A DNA stretch of 64,000 nucleotides from a virus (lineage: Duplodnaviria; Caudoviricetes). The stretch lies in the IMG/VR virus record IMGVR_UViG_642918906_000001, positions 96,001 through 160,000 of that record. The stretch is one strand, 5' to 3'. Shown piece by piece: positions 1 through 9,289 of this stretch. Position numbers and translations under genes: made by a program. The notes beneath the pieces are model-generated. The model did not search any database. It saw nothing but the letters and a program-made list of their open reading frames with translations, and was not told the DNA's origin. Position 1 is the stretch's first letter, and every line of letters starts with the position of its first letter.

Positions 1-1
1 C

Positions 2-745
2 GCTTGGAAAGAGGACGCTCCATTCCGTGCATCGCTCGAAGATGGTGCTGATAAAGAAGACAAGCCACCACGTAATTCGATCAGTTCTTCTGACGCACAT
101 AAAATCTACGAAGCAGAGAACCTTGCGATTGGTAAGCTGCTTAACGTCGACGTAACTTCCGATGGTGAGAAGAAGAAACTTCCTGTACTGGTCAAGCTAA
201 TTCCAGCTGTAGTTCCTTCGGACACACTGGTACAGATCTTCACCGGTGGTGGCCGTGACACTTGGGCACACCGGATGTTCCTCGTCAAATCTGGACAGAT
301 CCAATTCTGGCGTGACTTCGTTATGGGTCAAGACATGATCGATGCACATATGAAAGCATTGATGTCTGACCGTAATGGTGCTTACAAAGCAATCATGGAC
401 CGTCGTCGTAACAACGTATCTAAATCGGTACAGTCCGGTCGCCTGAGCCTGGCGGATGCTTCTAACATTGCTATCATCTCCGCTACTACCATGAAGAAAT
501 CGGCGAACACTTTGTTTGCTAAGATTGAAGATAAGAACATGCGTGACAAGATCTTCGATAACTCCTATCTGCTGTTGCTGATGGTTGTCGATGAACGTTG
601 GGGTCGTGTGACGATTTATCACCGTGGCGTAGATCTCTCTACTAGCTATCGTATTGAAGATGTTAAGCTGGCTGAGAAATCTAAAGGTCAAGATATCACT
701 GAGATCTTTAAACTGTTCAACAAGCAAATGCATACTAACATCTAA
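2..745 (+). CDS. Virion inner-head protein, 5'-truncated (phiKZ gp89-like)
   Basis: Frame is open from base 2 (AWKEDAPFRASLEDG...ENLAIGKLLNV...) into the 275..745 ORF; SLE prohead-protease-type site; synteny. Confidence 0.7.
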   Translation, partial: AWKEDAPFRASLEDGADKEDKPPRNSISSSDAHKIYEAENLAIGKLLNVDVTSDGEKKKLPVLVKLIPAVVPSDTLVQIFTGGGRDTWAHRMFLVKSGQIQFWRDFVMGQDMIDAHMKALMSDRNGAYKAIMDRRRNNVSKSVQSGRLSLADASNIAIISATTMKKSANTLFAKIEDKNMRDKIFDNSYLLLLMVVDERWGRVTIYHRGVDLSTSYRIEDVKLAEKSKGQDITEIFKLFNKQMHTNI

Positions 746-756
746 GGGGTTACCAG

Positions 757-1650
757 ATGAGTCTTTTGTCCTTTATCACAGACCTGCCGGCCGTTCTTGA
801 ACGCCGTCAAGTAATGAACGTTGTCGACCAACTGAAGCTGGAGTATGATGACACCATCTCTCCTATTCTGGACGACATCCGGGAAACCTTCCAAGGTCGA
901 CCAATGAAGTCCATGCTGAATAAGCGCATGGATACCACCACTCGCCGTTTCGTGAGTTTCAACGGGGATTCCCTCCAACTGATTCTGAAGAACCTCACTA
1001 ATATTCGTGGTTACTTCGAACTGCTGGAACGCGATGTTAAATCGGCATTTAGTGTACAGTTCACTAATACCAATATTTCTTTCGAGCGTGCTAACGTTCT
1101 GAAGTTTATTGAAGCACTGGCTTTCTACATTCGTTATGCCCGTAAGTACCTGCTGTTTCTGGTCGCTCAAGAATCCGCTGCAATCGGTAAAGCCACTGCC
1201 AGTAAATGGTCCCCAGCTGAGATCGAGTGGGTTAACACCTATATGGATGACTTTGCTGCCCTGTACCAGACCATGGCCATTCAACCGAATGAGTTCAAGT
1301 CTCGTATTCAGAAATCGTCTAGTGCGGTTATTGAAGAGTCGACTTATCAAGTAGCCATGCAACAACTGGGTGCCCAGAAGACTGACCCACTCCAGATGGA
1401 TGGTTTCAGTCCTCGACAAAACCCATTCATGTTGCTGGGCAAGTTCATTGCTGAGATGCAGATTACGCGCTATAACGAAGCCAAAGAAGAATTCTACGGT
1501 CTGCAACTGCGGCTGCAAGAACTTCGTGATCTGCAAGCTGGTCAACCAGCTAACCCTAAAGTACAGCAACTGATCCAGTCGTATGAAAAGCGCATTAGCG
1601 AATACGAATACGAGATGAAACAAATCGAAGAAAAGGCTGGTCTTGCCTAA
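757..1650 (+). CDS. Virion inner-body protein (phiKZ gp90-like)
   Basis: 297 aa helical protein; SD-like AAGGGG; position in head cluster. Confidence 0.65.
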   Translation: MSLLSFITDLPAVLERRQVMNVVDQLKLEYDDTISPILDDIRETFQGRPMKSMLNKRMDTTTRRFVSFNGDSLQLILKNLTNIRGYFELLERDVKSAFSVQFTNTNISFERANVLKFIEALAFYIRYARKYLLFLVAQESAAIGKATASKWSPAEIEWVNTYMDDFAALYQTMAIQPNEFKSRIQKSSSAVIEESTYQVAMQQLGAQKTDPLQMDGFSPRQNPFMLLGKFIAEMQITRYNEAKEEFYGLQLRLQELRDLQAGQPANPKVQQLIQSYEKRISEYEYEMKQIEEKAGLA

Positions 1651-1659
1651 GGAGGCTTC

Positions 1660-2193
1660 ATGTCTACTAATGCCGTAAAGCCTTTCCCTGATGGCCGTGA
1701 TTATTCCGGTGGTCAGATCAAGCCAACTAAACGTTTTGAACTACGTGAGGGTGATCCTCGTGTACACGAACTGTTTGTAGAGTTTACTAACTTTCCTAAA
1801 CATGCCGTGACTTGGGATTTCCAGAAACGCGTAATCAACCTCGCTCAAGAACTATTTGAGGGTGAGTATAGTTGGTTCGTCCGTCAAGACTCGAATGCAC
1901 TGATTAAAGATCAGAACTATGCATTCATCTTAGATACCGTGCGATACATCGCCACCGGTTACCGTCGGTTCAGTATTCATACTTGGCCATCTCTGATTAG
2001 CTATGATGTTCCAGTGATCAGGGAATCTGTAGCGGGTCGCCGTGATATCTGGTTCCTGATGGAAGAACTGAGTGTACCGGGTAACACCAATGCATTCATC
2101 CAGAAATGGCTTTCACACAAAGACGGATTTAATGATCTAGTCTATACCTTACATCTGTTGTTTGGTAGTGTGCCTGAACAAATTAAGCAATAG
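1660..2193 (+). CDS. Conserved hypothetical, probable virion protein
   Basis: 177 aa; strong SD TAAGGAGG. Confidence 0.6.
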   Translation: MSTNAVKPFPDGRDYSGGQIKPTKRFELREGDPRVHELFVEFTNFPKHAVTWDFQKRVINLAQELFEGEYSWFVRQDSNALIKDQNYAFILDTVRYIATGYRRFSIHTWPSLISYDVPVIRESVAGRRDIWFLMEELSVPGNTNAFIQKWLSHKDGFNDLVYTLHLLFGSVPEQIKQ

Positions 2194-2201
2194 GAGGGCT
2201 A

Positions 2202-3482
2202 ATGGTTAATTCTATTAACCGTCCCCAACCTGAACTCGGCGGGGTAACACCCGCCGATTTTAACGTCTTGTCCAATGAGTTCTTCGCAGAGCTAGATCTT
2301 TATGCTAAACGCAATGATGCAATCTGTGATGAAATGGCGGCATTAGAAAATCTTTTTATTACATTGGAAGGGTCAGATCCGACTCTTATCAATTATGCCC
2401 TTGAGAAATATAATCTCACTGAGGTAGTTTCTAATGAAGACGTTAACCGCGCAGCTATTCAGGCATGGGAACGAGTCAAGGTAAACCTACGTCGTTTCCA
2501 AAGCGATCTCTTTGGTTACGCTAAAGTAATTCAATCGGGTTCAGAACGATTGGTCGAAAGACTTGAGATGTTGCAAGGTATTGCAGAGAAAGCTAACAAG
2601 GTACCATTTAAAGACGAGATCACGGTAAAGAAGAATCAGAAGTTCGCCATCAATGGTGGATTCCAACCTTTTGATATCCGACCAGTTTTAGAAGACACCA
2701 ACAACACTTTCGATTTCTATGACAAAGTCTTGTTGCCGTATATGAAACAGATCGGTAAGCTACTGGATACCGTGGAGCTCAACCTTACGTGGACTGAGAA
2801 CACAGAGATGAGGTTTGAACTGCTCAACGCCAATAAATGGATGAAGAACTTTAAACCCCTCGAAGAACCGGATGATCGTTTCCGTGCAGCGGCTTATGTG
2901 GTACGTGGTATCACAGCTCAGGGTGAACGCGCTATCTATTATTCTGGGCCTGAGGACACCAAGACTGAAAACGTAAAAGACTGGGGTTATTTTATTAGTA
3001 CCATTCGAAACATGCGTTATCGTTACTTGAAGATCCCTGGTCAGCAACCTCTCAATGAATCTGACAACAAGATTGATGTTGAGAACGCAACGACAATTAG
3101 ACAACGTTTAAGTTATCTGATCGGTATCGCTAAAAGGATTCAGGGTCGTAAGGGTTACGACCAAAAGATCTCAACTGAATTACGTAAGATCGAACGGTCA
3201 GCAGACAAGGTCAGAAACAATACCCGTAATATGCGTACTCAACTCGACCAACGTAATGTTGAAGAAGAGCGCGACGAAGGTCGTCCTAACGTTTCTAATA
3301 TTGTTAAAGACATGTCGACCATCTTGAACTGCATGACTCGTTTGGTACAAGACTTCAACAACGCTGTTGCTGGTCAATTAAGGTTGGCTGGAGCATTGGG
3401 TTTTATATGCGACCTTGAATTAAAAGCATATGAAGCGCCGATCGATAAGCCGACGCCAGAAGTACAAGAGAAACTTGAGTAA
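2202..3482 (+). CDS. Virion head protein (phiKZ gp92-like)
   Basis: 426 aa; SD AGGAGG; ALE and SNE protease-type sites ahead of a helical domain. Confidence 0.6.
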   Translation: MVNSINRPQPELGGVTPADFNVLSNEFFAELDLYAKRNDAICDEMAALENLFITLEGSDPTLINYALEKYNLTEVVSNEDVNRAAIQAWERVKVNLRRFQSDLFGYAKVIQSGSERLVERLEMLQGIAEKANKVPFKDEITVKKNQKFAINGGFQPFDIRPVLEDTNNTFDFYDKVLLPYMKQIGKLLDTVELNLTWTENTEMRFELLNANKWMKNFKPLEEPDDRFRAAAYVVRGITAQGERAIYYSGPEDTKTENVKDWGYFISTIRNMRYRYLKIPGQQPLNESDNKIDVENATTIRQRLSYLIGIAKRIQGRKGYDQKISTELRKIERSADKVRNNTRNMRTQLDQRNVEEERDEGRPNVSNIVKDMSTILNCMTRLVQDFNNAVAGQLRLAGALGFICDLELKAYEAPIDKPTPEVQEKLE

Positions 3483-3491
3483 AGCCATATC

Positions 3492-3516
3492 GGGAACCAC
3501 TACGGTTCCCCTTATG
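3492..3516 (+). terminator. Intergenic hairpin, possible terminator
   Basis: GGGAACC-ACTAC-GGTTCCC followed by CTTATG. Confidence 0.5.
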
Positions 3517-3548
3517 CTATGTTATCATTATTAACAGAGAGTAGACAC

Positions 3549-5375
3549 ATGTCCCTTTTAGATTTGAAATCACTGGTCAGCACTGAAGACTTCGCTGACG
3601 CACATGAGCCATTGAACGATGGCGTTAAAGATGTACCGAACGCACAGACTGTAGCGGCCAGTGTAGGAACTGGGGATGTGGGCAATGACACCACTACTCA
3701 AGGTCCTGCTAAGGTAATCCCTGAGAAGCCAGACACTGATGATCAGACCAAAACCGAACACAACGTTGTCAAAGAGTCAGCTGAGAAAACTGGTGGCACT
3801 AGCGCACCTGCGTCCGATAAAGATTCCGGGGGCGATGCTAACGCCAGCGCAGAACCTGAAAAGTCTGAAGAAACAGATGAAGCAAAAGAACCTTTAGAGC
3901 ACACTTCTGAGAAAGTGGCTAAAGACGAGCTGGAGAAAACTGAGCGTGCTACCACTGCACTCGAAGCGTACGCTCCTAATGCCAAGCGCTTTGACATCAT
4001 CGGCCACCCTAAAGTGAAAGCCGAACAAATTAGTAAGATGGTAGGTTATATCCAGCGCCGGTCTGGTGTAAGTGGTGAAGTAACTGTTTCCGCTGAATCG
4101 ATTAACACCGCCGTTGAACTCGGTCGTAGTCGTATGGCCAAGCTGGAACGCGAAGTACGTATCCTTGGTTCGCAAAAGGTCTCCAAAGAAAACCTCGTTG
4201 AAGAGATTGCTGTAACCGAAGAACCAACCGAGCATGGCGCCCCACCATTGGCCCCAGAGGCCGCCGCCGCTATTACCGAGCTTGAAACAGACCCGCTAGA
4301 CGTACCATTGCTGGAAGTAGAGAAAGTGCAAGAAACTCTTGACACTCTACAATCCGGTGCCGTGGCCATCGAGCGCCTGACTGAAATCGTTCGGGCTAAC
4401 CCACGGATTTCTAAACAAGCGGCCGCGGTACTGCATGCCAGTTTGGAAAATATCGACCAGATGTGTGGTCTGAAAATTCGCGCTACTGGATTTGAATCTT
4501 ACGAAGCTACCCCGCGTGCTGCTCTGGAAGCAACCGCCGTTGATGGCGATTCACTGAGTAGTCGTGCCGCAGAAATCGGCGCTAAAATCATGAAGGTGAT
4601 TACGGCTCTCTATGAAAAGCTGAAACTTTATGCTGCTCGGTATTCCACCGGTATTGATAAGCTTAGCGATCGTTTCACAACTATCGCTCGTAAGGCTCCA
4701 AGCGGTATTGAACTTAAGAGTATCACTATCCGTGGTGATCGTTCAGAGTTGTTCTTGGATGGTGAGTTTGTCGGTGATTACCTCACGCCAGAGGAACGTA
4801 AGATCCCTGAGTTACTGAAACAGAATCGGAAGGAACTTGCTAAGCTACTGGTTAAACCATTGGAACGTCTGCTGTCTAGTGGACCAGCTGATGAGCGCAT
4901 GCTCAATGACATCGAACAGATCAAGCAGGCTATTGGCGGAACTGGGGAACGGTCGACATCTATCCCAGGTGGCTACAAAGTAACTGCCAAAGGTATCGAT
5001 ATCGATGTAGTGGAAGATAAAGCTGATCGCGGTGCAGACGAAGTAACTGTAGAACCAATGATGGGTCATGAACTCGGCCGAAGTGCCGACGATATCAAAC
5101 GGTACCTTGCTCTGCTGTTGGGTGTGATCGATGAAGCAACCAGTCCTGATGAAGTCGAACGCCTTAAGAAAGCCGTCCTGACTCTCAGAAAGAATAGCAA
5201 GGGTGGTGACGAAGCTGTATTCCAGAAAGTTCAAAGTGCTGTTGTTGAAATTATCAACAAGCAATTGAACCCTGTTGAATTTATGGGTCTTGTAGGTAAA
5301 CTCGCTAAAGCACAAGCCGCCCGCGCCGCCTACTTTGAGCAACGTCTGGCACACGCTGCCACGAACGACCAATAA
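3549..5375 (+). CDS. phiKZ internal-head-protein family member (gp93/94/95-type paralog)
   Basis: Start MSLLDLKSLVSTEDF; acidic propeptide; many STE/ALE/SAE/GFE sites; core ISKQAAAVLHASLENI shared with neighbours. Confidence 0.7.
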   Translation: MSLLDLKSLVSTEDFADAHEPLNDGVKDVPNAQTVAASVGTGDVGNDTTTQGPAKVIPEKPDTDDQTKTEHNVVKESAEKTGGTSAPASDKDSGGDANASAEPEKSEETDEAKEPLEHTSEKVAKDELEKTERATTALEAYAPNAKRFDIIGHPKVKAEQISKMVGYIQRRSGVSGEVTVSAESINTAVELGRSRMAKLEREVRILGSQKVSKENLVEEIAVTEEPTEHGAPPLAPEAAAAITELETDPLDVPLLEVEKVQETLDTLQSGAVAIERLTEIVRANPRISKQAAAVLHASLENIDQMCGLKIRATGFESYEATPRAALEATAVDGDSLSSRAAEIGAKIMKVITALYEKLKLYAARYSTGIDKLSDRFTTIARKAPSGIELKSITIRGDRSELFLDGEFVGDYLTPEERKIPELLKQNRKELAKLLVKPLERLLSSGPADERMLNDIEQIKQAIGGTGERSTSIPGGYKVTAKGIDIDVVEDKADRGADEVTVEPMMGHELGRSADDIKRYLALLLGVIDEATSPDEVERLKKAVLTLRKNSKGGDEAVFQKVQSAVVEIINKQLNPVEFMGLVGKLAKAQAARAAYFEQRLAHAATNDQ

Positions 5376-5385
5376 GGAAATACCC

Positions 5386-6549
5386 ATGACAGACGACACT
5401 CGTCAAGACCCACACAATCGACCGGCGTTAAGTGACAGTCCTGTTGAGCCGGTAGAGGAAAACATCATCGTGACTGATGTGCTAGATGAATGCCAAGACC
5501 TAATCATACAGCGTGCTGCTTTGGAACGTTACAGGGATCAATTGGTACAAGCTGGTCCAGATGGATTGGACCATGTCGCCAAGCACTTCATGTTGGTTGG
5601 ATTACAACAACTCAAGGTGCGTAAAAACAGCACCGGTATGGAATCCTTTGACGCCGACCGAGAAACAGTGACTGTTGAAGACTTCTCCGAATGGCTTAGT
5701 AATCTGGGAGAGCGAATTAAACAGCTTATTAATAAGCTGATCGCCCTGGCCAAACAAGCTGCATCCAAAATCATGTCCGGTATTGAGGGCGTTAAGACTC
5801 AATCTGAAGAACTCATGGAGCGTGCACGTAAGAGTGCACGTCGTCCATCGAACGAAAGACACGGTGAAGGTAAAGAAATTACAATCGATTCACCTAGTCT
5901 ACTTTGGACAGATGGTGAGTTCTGCGTGGGTGACTGTAAATCAGAACAAAACGTGGTTAAGTTCTTTGTAGGTGCTTGGCCTAAGTACGCTATCGATCAA
6001 ATCCAACGTGCTAAGAAAATGATCTCCGAGTACGATGTTGAATCGGGTAACTCCGACAACTTCGAATCCAACATGGGGTTCATTGGTAATCACCAATCGC
6101 TGGTGGCTACCGTTACTCGCGACATCCTGCCGGGTAACAAACAGATCGCATTTAAATATGTGGCACTGGGTCCAGAGTTGGTTGATGCAGAAGATGCGCA
6201 ACCAGCTCCAGATAAACACTCTTTTGAAATCCGCACTCTTGTCGAGATCACCAGTACCCTTAAGCAGAACGTTGCTACGATGAATGCCCTGGGTCAGATG
6301 TATCGTAGTGAGTCAGAGGTGTTAACTGAGATGGCCACTTTGGCAGATGCTCTGATGAAACTGGAAGGACGCCGGGGTGAGACTGTATGGAAGTCTGCTC
6401 GCGATGGTCTGGATGATATCTCTAAAGCCATGATGGATCTGATCGGTCGACTGAAGCCTAACTATGATCCAATTGTTCGTCACTTGGCTAAGGTTGGTAC
6501 AGCCCGTAACGCTGTCTGCCGTAAAGAACTTGACGCACTGGGTCAATGA
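5386..6549 (+). CDS. phiKZ internal-head-protein family paralog
   Basis: ATG 5386 after SD TAAGGA; ALE...GME...EDFSEWLSNLGERIKQLINKL family pattern. Confidence 0.7.
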   Translation: MTDDTRQDPHNRPALSDSPVEPVEENIIVTDVLDECQDLIIQRAALERYRDQLVQAGPDGLDHVAKHFMLVGLQQLKVRKNSTGMESFDADRETVTVEDFSEWLSNLGERIKQLINKLIALAKQAASKIMSGIEGVKTQSEELMERARKSARRPSNERHGEGKEITIDSPSLLWTDGEFCVGDCKSEQNVVKFFVGAWPKYAIDQIQRAKKMISEYDVESGNSDNFESNMGFIGNHQSLVATVTRDILPGNKQIAFKYVALGPELVDAEDAQPAPDKHSFEIRTLVEITSTLKQNVATMNALGQMYRSESEVLTEMATLADALMKLEGRRGETVWKSARDGLDDISKAMMDLIGRLKPNYDPIVRHLAKVGTARNAVCRKELDALGQ

Positions 6550-6575
6550 TATAGTTTAACTTAAAGGAACCACTC

Positions 6576-8045
6576 ATGAGCCTTACAGCCCTTTTGAAAG
6601 AAGCTGGGGTGAGTAATGAAGACATTACCGCCTCTGAACCACTCGTACAAGAAACCGTTGTTTCACCAGTTGATTCCCCGTCAGCGGCTATCCCAGTAGT
6701 CGACGCTGTTGTTGAGACCGCTCCAGTTGTTGAACCAGTTCCTGAAACCGTAGCGGCGCCAGTCACTGCACCTTTGGAACCAGCTGTGGTTGAATCGGTG
6801 GTCGCTCCAGTTGCTGAAGCACCATTGCCGGTAGAAGCGGTAGCCGTAGATCAGGTAATTCCAACTATTCCAGTTGTAGAAGCACAAGCTGCTGTTGCTG
6901 AAGCAGTAGAGATTACTCAGATCGAAGCCACTGCTTGTCAGGTAGAAGCTGAACAACAAGCAATCAAAGATAAAGCCGACGAACTGTTGGATATGCAGAC
7001 CGCATTGGAAAACCTCACTAGTATCATTCGTAAGACTGGTGCTAATGGCGTGTCCAATCAAACTGCCGAAGTTATTCAATCACAACTCCGTTCGATTAAT
7101 CGTCGATTGGGTGTGGAAAGTAAATTCGTATCCACTGAATCCTTTATTGCTCGCGACAACCGTGAACAACATGCTATTGCTACTATCGCACTGGAGGACA
7201 TCAAGACCAGTGTTAAGGTAGCCAAGAATAAGTTCATTGAACTGCTTGAGAAAATCTTGGCTCTGTTCAAACGTGCGGCCAGTAACTGGCTAGACGGTCT
7301 GGTTAGCCTCGATAAGAAAGTCGATCAACTCGACCAACGTTTGGGCGCATTGAAGAAACCAGGTGGCGGTGGATCACTCACACTCCACAATGCCGGTCTG
7401 GTTGTATACAAAGACAGTATCGATATTCCTGAGGATATCCCAGGTCTCGCACACTTTGCTTCGGTAGCTTACCCAGACGTAGTTACTAAGTACCTCGATC
7501 AGTCTGCAAAGACTCTTCTTAAATACAAACCTAGTGATTTCGATCCAGAACGTATTAAAGAGGAATTCGAACGTCATGCTAAACCACTGGCATATTTGAT
7601 CGAACTGCAAGTTGAGAAAGATGAGCTACCTGGTGGTCAACACTTGGACGTAGATGAAGGTGGACTAAGCTTTGGTATCAAAGGTGAGGTTCCAGCTGGC
7701 GTTGATAAAGAAGTCGATCTGGAAACCACCGTTGAACTACGTAAGAAAGTTCGCGCTATCAAAGATATCGTGGAACAGATCAAGAAGATCCGTCCAGAAG
7801 TCGAGAAGATCGATAAAGCTGGTAAGCGTCTGATTGAAGCTGCTCGTCGCTCTACTTCTCTGAAAGCTGAAGATGAGAAAGAAGCAGAAGACTTTTACAA
7901 TATCGTTCATGATGCAATCAGTCGTTCGGCAGCTGCTAAGCCACGTGTTGATGAAGTCATCAAGTATCTGGTACGCTATCTCGGCGCACAGGTTGCTATT
8001 GTTAATACAATGGCCGACGCCATTGAGAAAGAGAAAGAAGATTAA
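6576..8045 (+). CDS. phiKZ internal-head-protein family paralog
   Basis: 489 aa; V/A/P/E-rich propeptide; ALE...GVSNQTAE...STE...ALEDIK pattern. Confidence 0.72.
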   Translation: MSLTALLKEAGVSNEDITASEPLVQETVVSPVDSPSAAIPVVDAVVETAPVVEPVPETVAAPVTAPLEPAVVESVVAPVAEAPLPVEAVAVDQVIPTIPVVEAQAAVAEAVEITQIEATACQVEAEQQAIKDKADELLDMQTALENLTSIIRKTGANGVSNQTAEVIQSQLRSINRRLGVESKFVSTESFIARDNREQHAIATIALEDIKTSVKVAKNKFIELLEKILALFKRAASNWLDGLVSLDKKVDQLDQRLGALKKPGGGGSLTLHNAGLVVYKDSIDIPEDIPGLAHFASVAYPDVVTKYLDQSAKTLLKYKPSDFDPERIKEEFERHAKPLAYLIELQVEKDELPGGQHLDVDEGGLSFGIKGEVPAGVDKEVDLETTVELRKKVRAIKDIVEQIKKIRPEVEKIDKAGKRLIEAARRSTSLKAEDEKEAEDFYNIVHDAISRSAAAKPRVDEVIKYLVRYLGAQVAIVNTMADAIEKEKED

Positions 8046-8049
8046 TTCG

Positions 8050-8075
8050 ACGGGACCTTCGGGTCCCGTTTTTAT
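8050..8075 (+). terminator. Intrinsic terminator
   Basis: ACGGGACC-TTCG-GGTCCCGT plus T run. Confidence 0.85.
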
Positions 8076-8088
8076 TCAGGTATTCCCA

Positions 8089-9192
8089 ATGACTGAAGTT
8101 ATTGAACTTGCCCCAACGACAGCAGTGAATGCTGCACCTGATGTCATGAGTACTTTGATGGAACTCAATCCAGCTATTGCCGATGAGATCCTTGAACTGA
8201 CGCACGGCATCGAACGCTATAAAAATATTCGATTGCTCCAACCAAAGTTATTCGAACTCAGTCTCGAAGCAACTGACCAGGGTAGTATACTGAGCCGGAT
8301 GCTTGATGCACTGATCCGTTTCATTACCCGCTTCATTAGGGATGTTTATGAAGGTACAGCGACTCTTAGTTTCTCGCTAGGTAAGTTACATGACCGTGCT
8401 GAATTGATTAACACCGAATCCAGGTCTATGCGTCGTACTAACCGTAGCAATGAGTTTAAGATCGATACTAGAATCCACAACCTTTGCGTTAACTACAAAC
8501 CAATCAATGACCCTCAGCGACTGTTGATGGTACTCAAAACAAACAACGTACTGTTTAAGAGTTATTTCAAATACCAGAACGTAGAGTTACCGAACATTAT
8601 CCCTAATATTGTTAACATCAATCCTAAACGGCCAGATTCGGTTATCGCGCTGGTAGAACTGTTGTCGCCTGTATCACCTATGGCTAAAGCCAGTGCTATG
8701 AATTTCAGCGGTGACCAAACATCCCGTGCTAGTTTGCAGTTATTGGGTAATCAACGATTGCATGCAATGACTAAGAATCCGGTAGGTGATGTCGTAGATC
8801 AACTCGCCGGTCAAGAATGGTTACTGTTACCGGCCAGTGATGACCCTAAGCCGTTACCGCCTTCCATCACCTACCCTGTATTTGCCGCAACCATTGAGCA
8901 AAGTATTCTACGTGAGATCGTATCGGCTACAACTGATCTTGAATCGAATTTCGGGATCGTGTCTCGTAACCGTCGTAGTATGCGTGTGGATGATCTGACG
9001 CGTTATCTTGAAAGATTGCGTAACAGTATTTTGACTAAGCAGTACGATGCTGAAACTGAGGAACGTGCACAGCAGATAATCCGAATGCTAGAGGCTTATT
9101 GCACTTGGCTAGTTAACCCTTATCTAAACATGATGGGCCTTTATATCAGAAATGCCAACGCAGTGTTGAACGTTTGCGATGCCAACAACTAA
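8089..9192 (+). CDS. Virion head protein (phiKZ gp96-like)
   Basis: ATG 8089; SLE site followed by amphipathic helix SRMLDALIRFITRFI. Confidence 0.6.
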   Translation: MTEVIELAPTTAVNAAPDVMSTLMELNPAIADEILELTHGIERYKNIRLLQPKLFELSLEATDQGSILSRMLDALIRFITRFIRDVYEGTATLSFSLGKLHDRAELINTESRSMRRTNRSNEFKIDTRIHNLCVNYKPINDPQRLLMVLKTNNVLFKSYFKYQNVELPNIIPNIVNINPKRPDSVIALVELLSPVSPMAKASAMNFSGDQTSRASLQLLGNQRLHAMTKNPVGDVVDQLAGQEWLLLPASDDPKPLPPSITYPVFAATIEQSILREIVSATTDLESNFGIVSRNRRSMRVDDLTRYLERLRNSILTKQYDAETEERAQQIIRMLEAYCTWLVNPYLNMMGLYIRNANAVLNVCDANN

Positions 9193-9289
9193 ACACAAAA
9201 CTGACTTATTATCTGATAGTATATTCGTCCCGTGGTTATGTGGAGGACGAACTGCATAACCACTTCCGTAACAAAAAGGTATTGTCAAC

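Noticed and set aside
7873-8088. Extended 5' starts in the ORF track (also 5335, 24839, 31870, 43292, 59351, 63062)
   Set aside because: They overlap upstream genes or terminators; downstream ATGs with SD sequences fit better.
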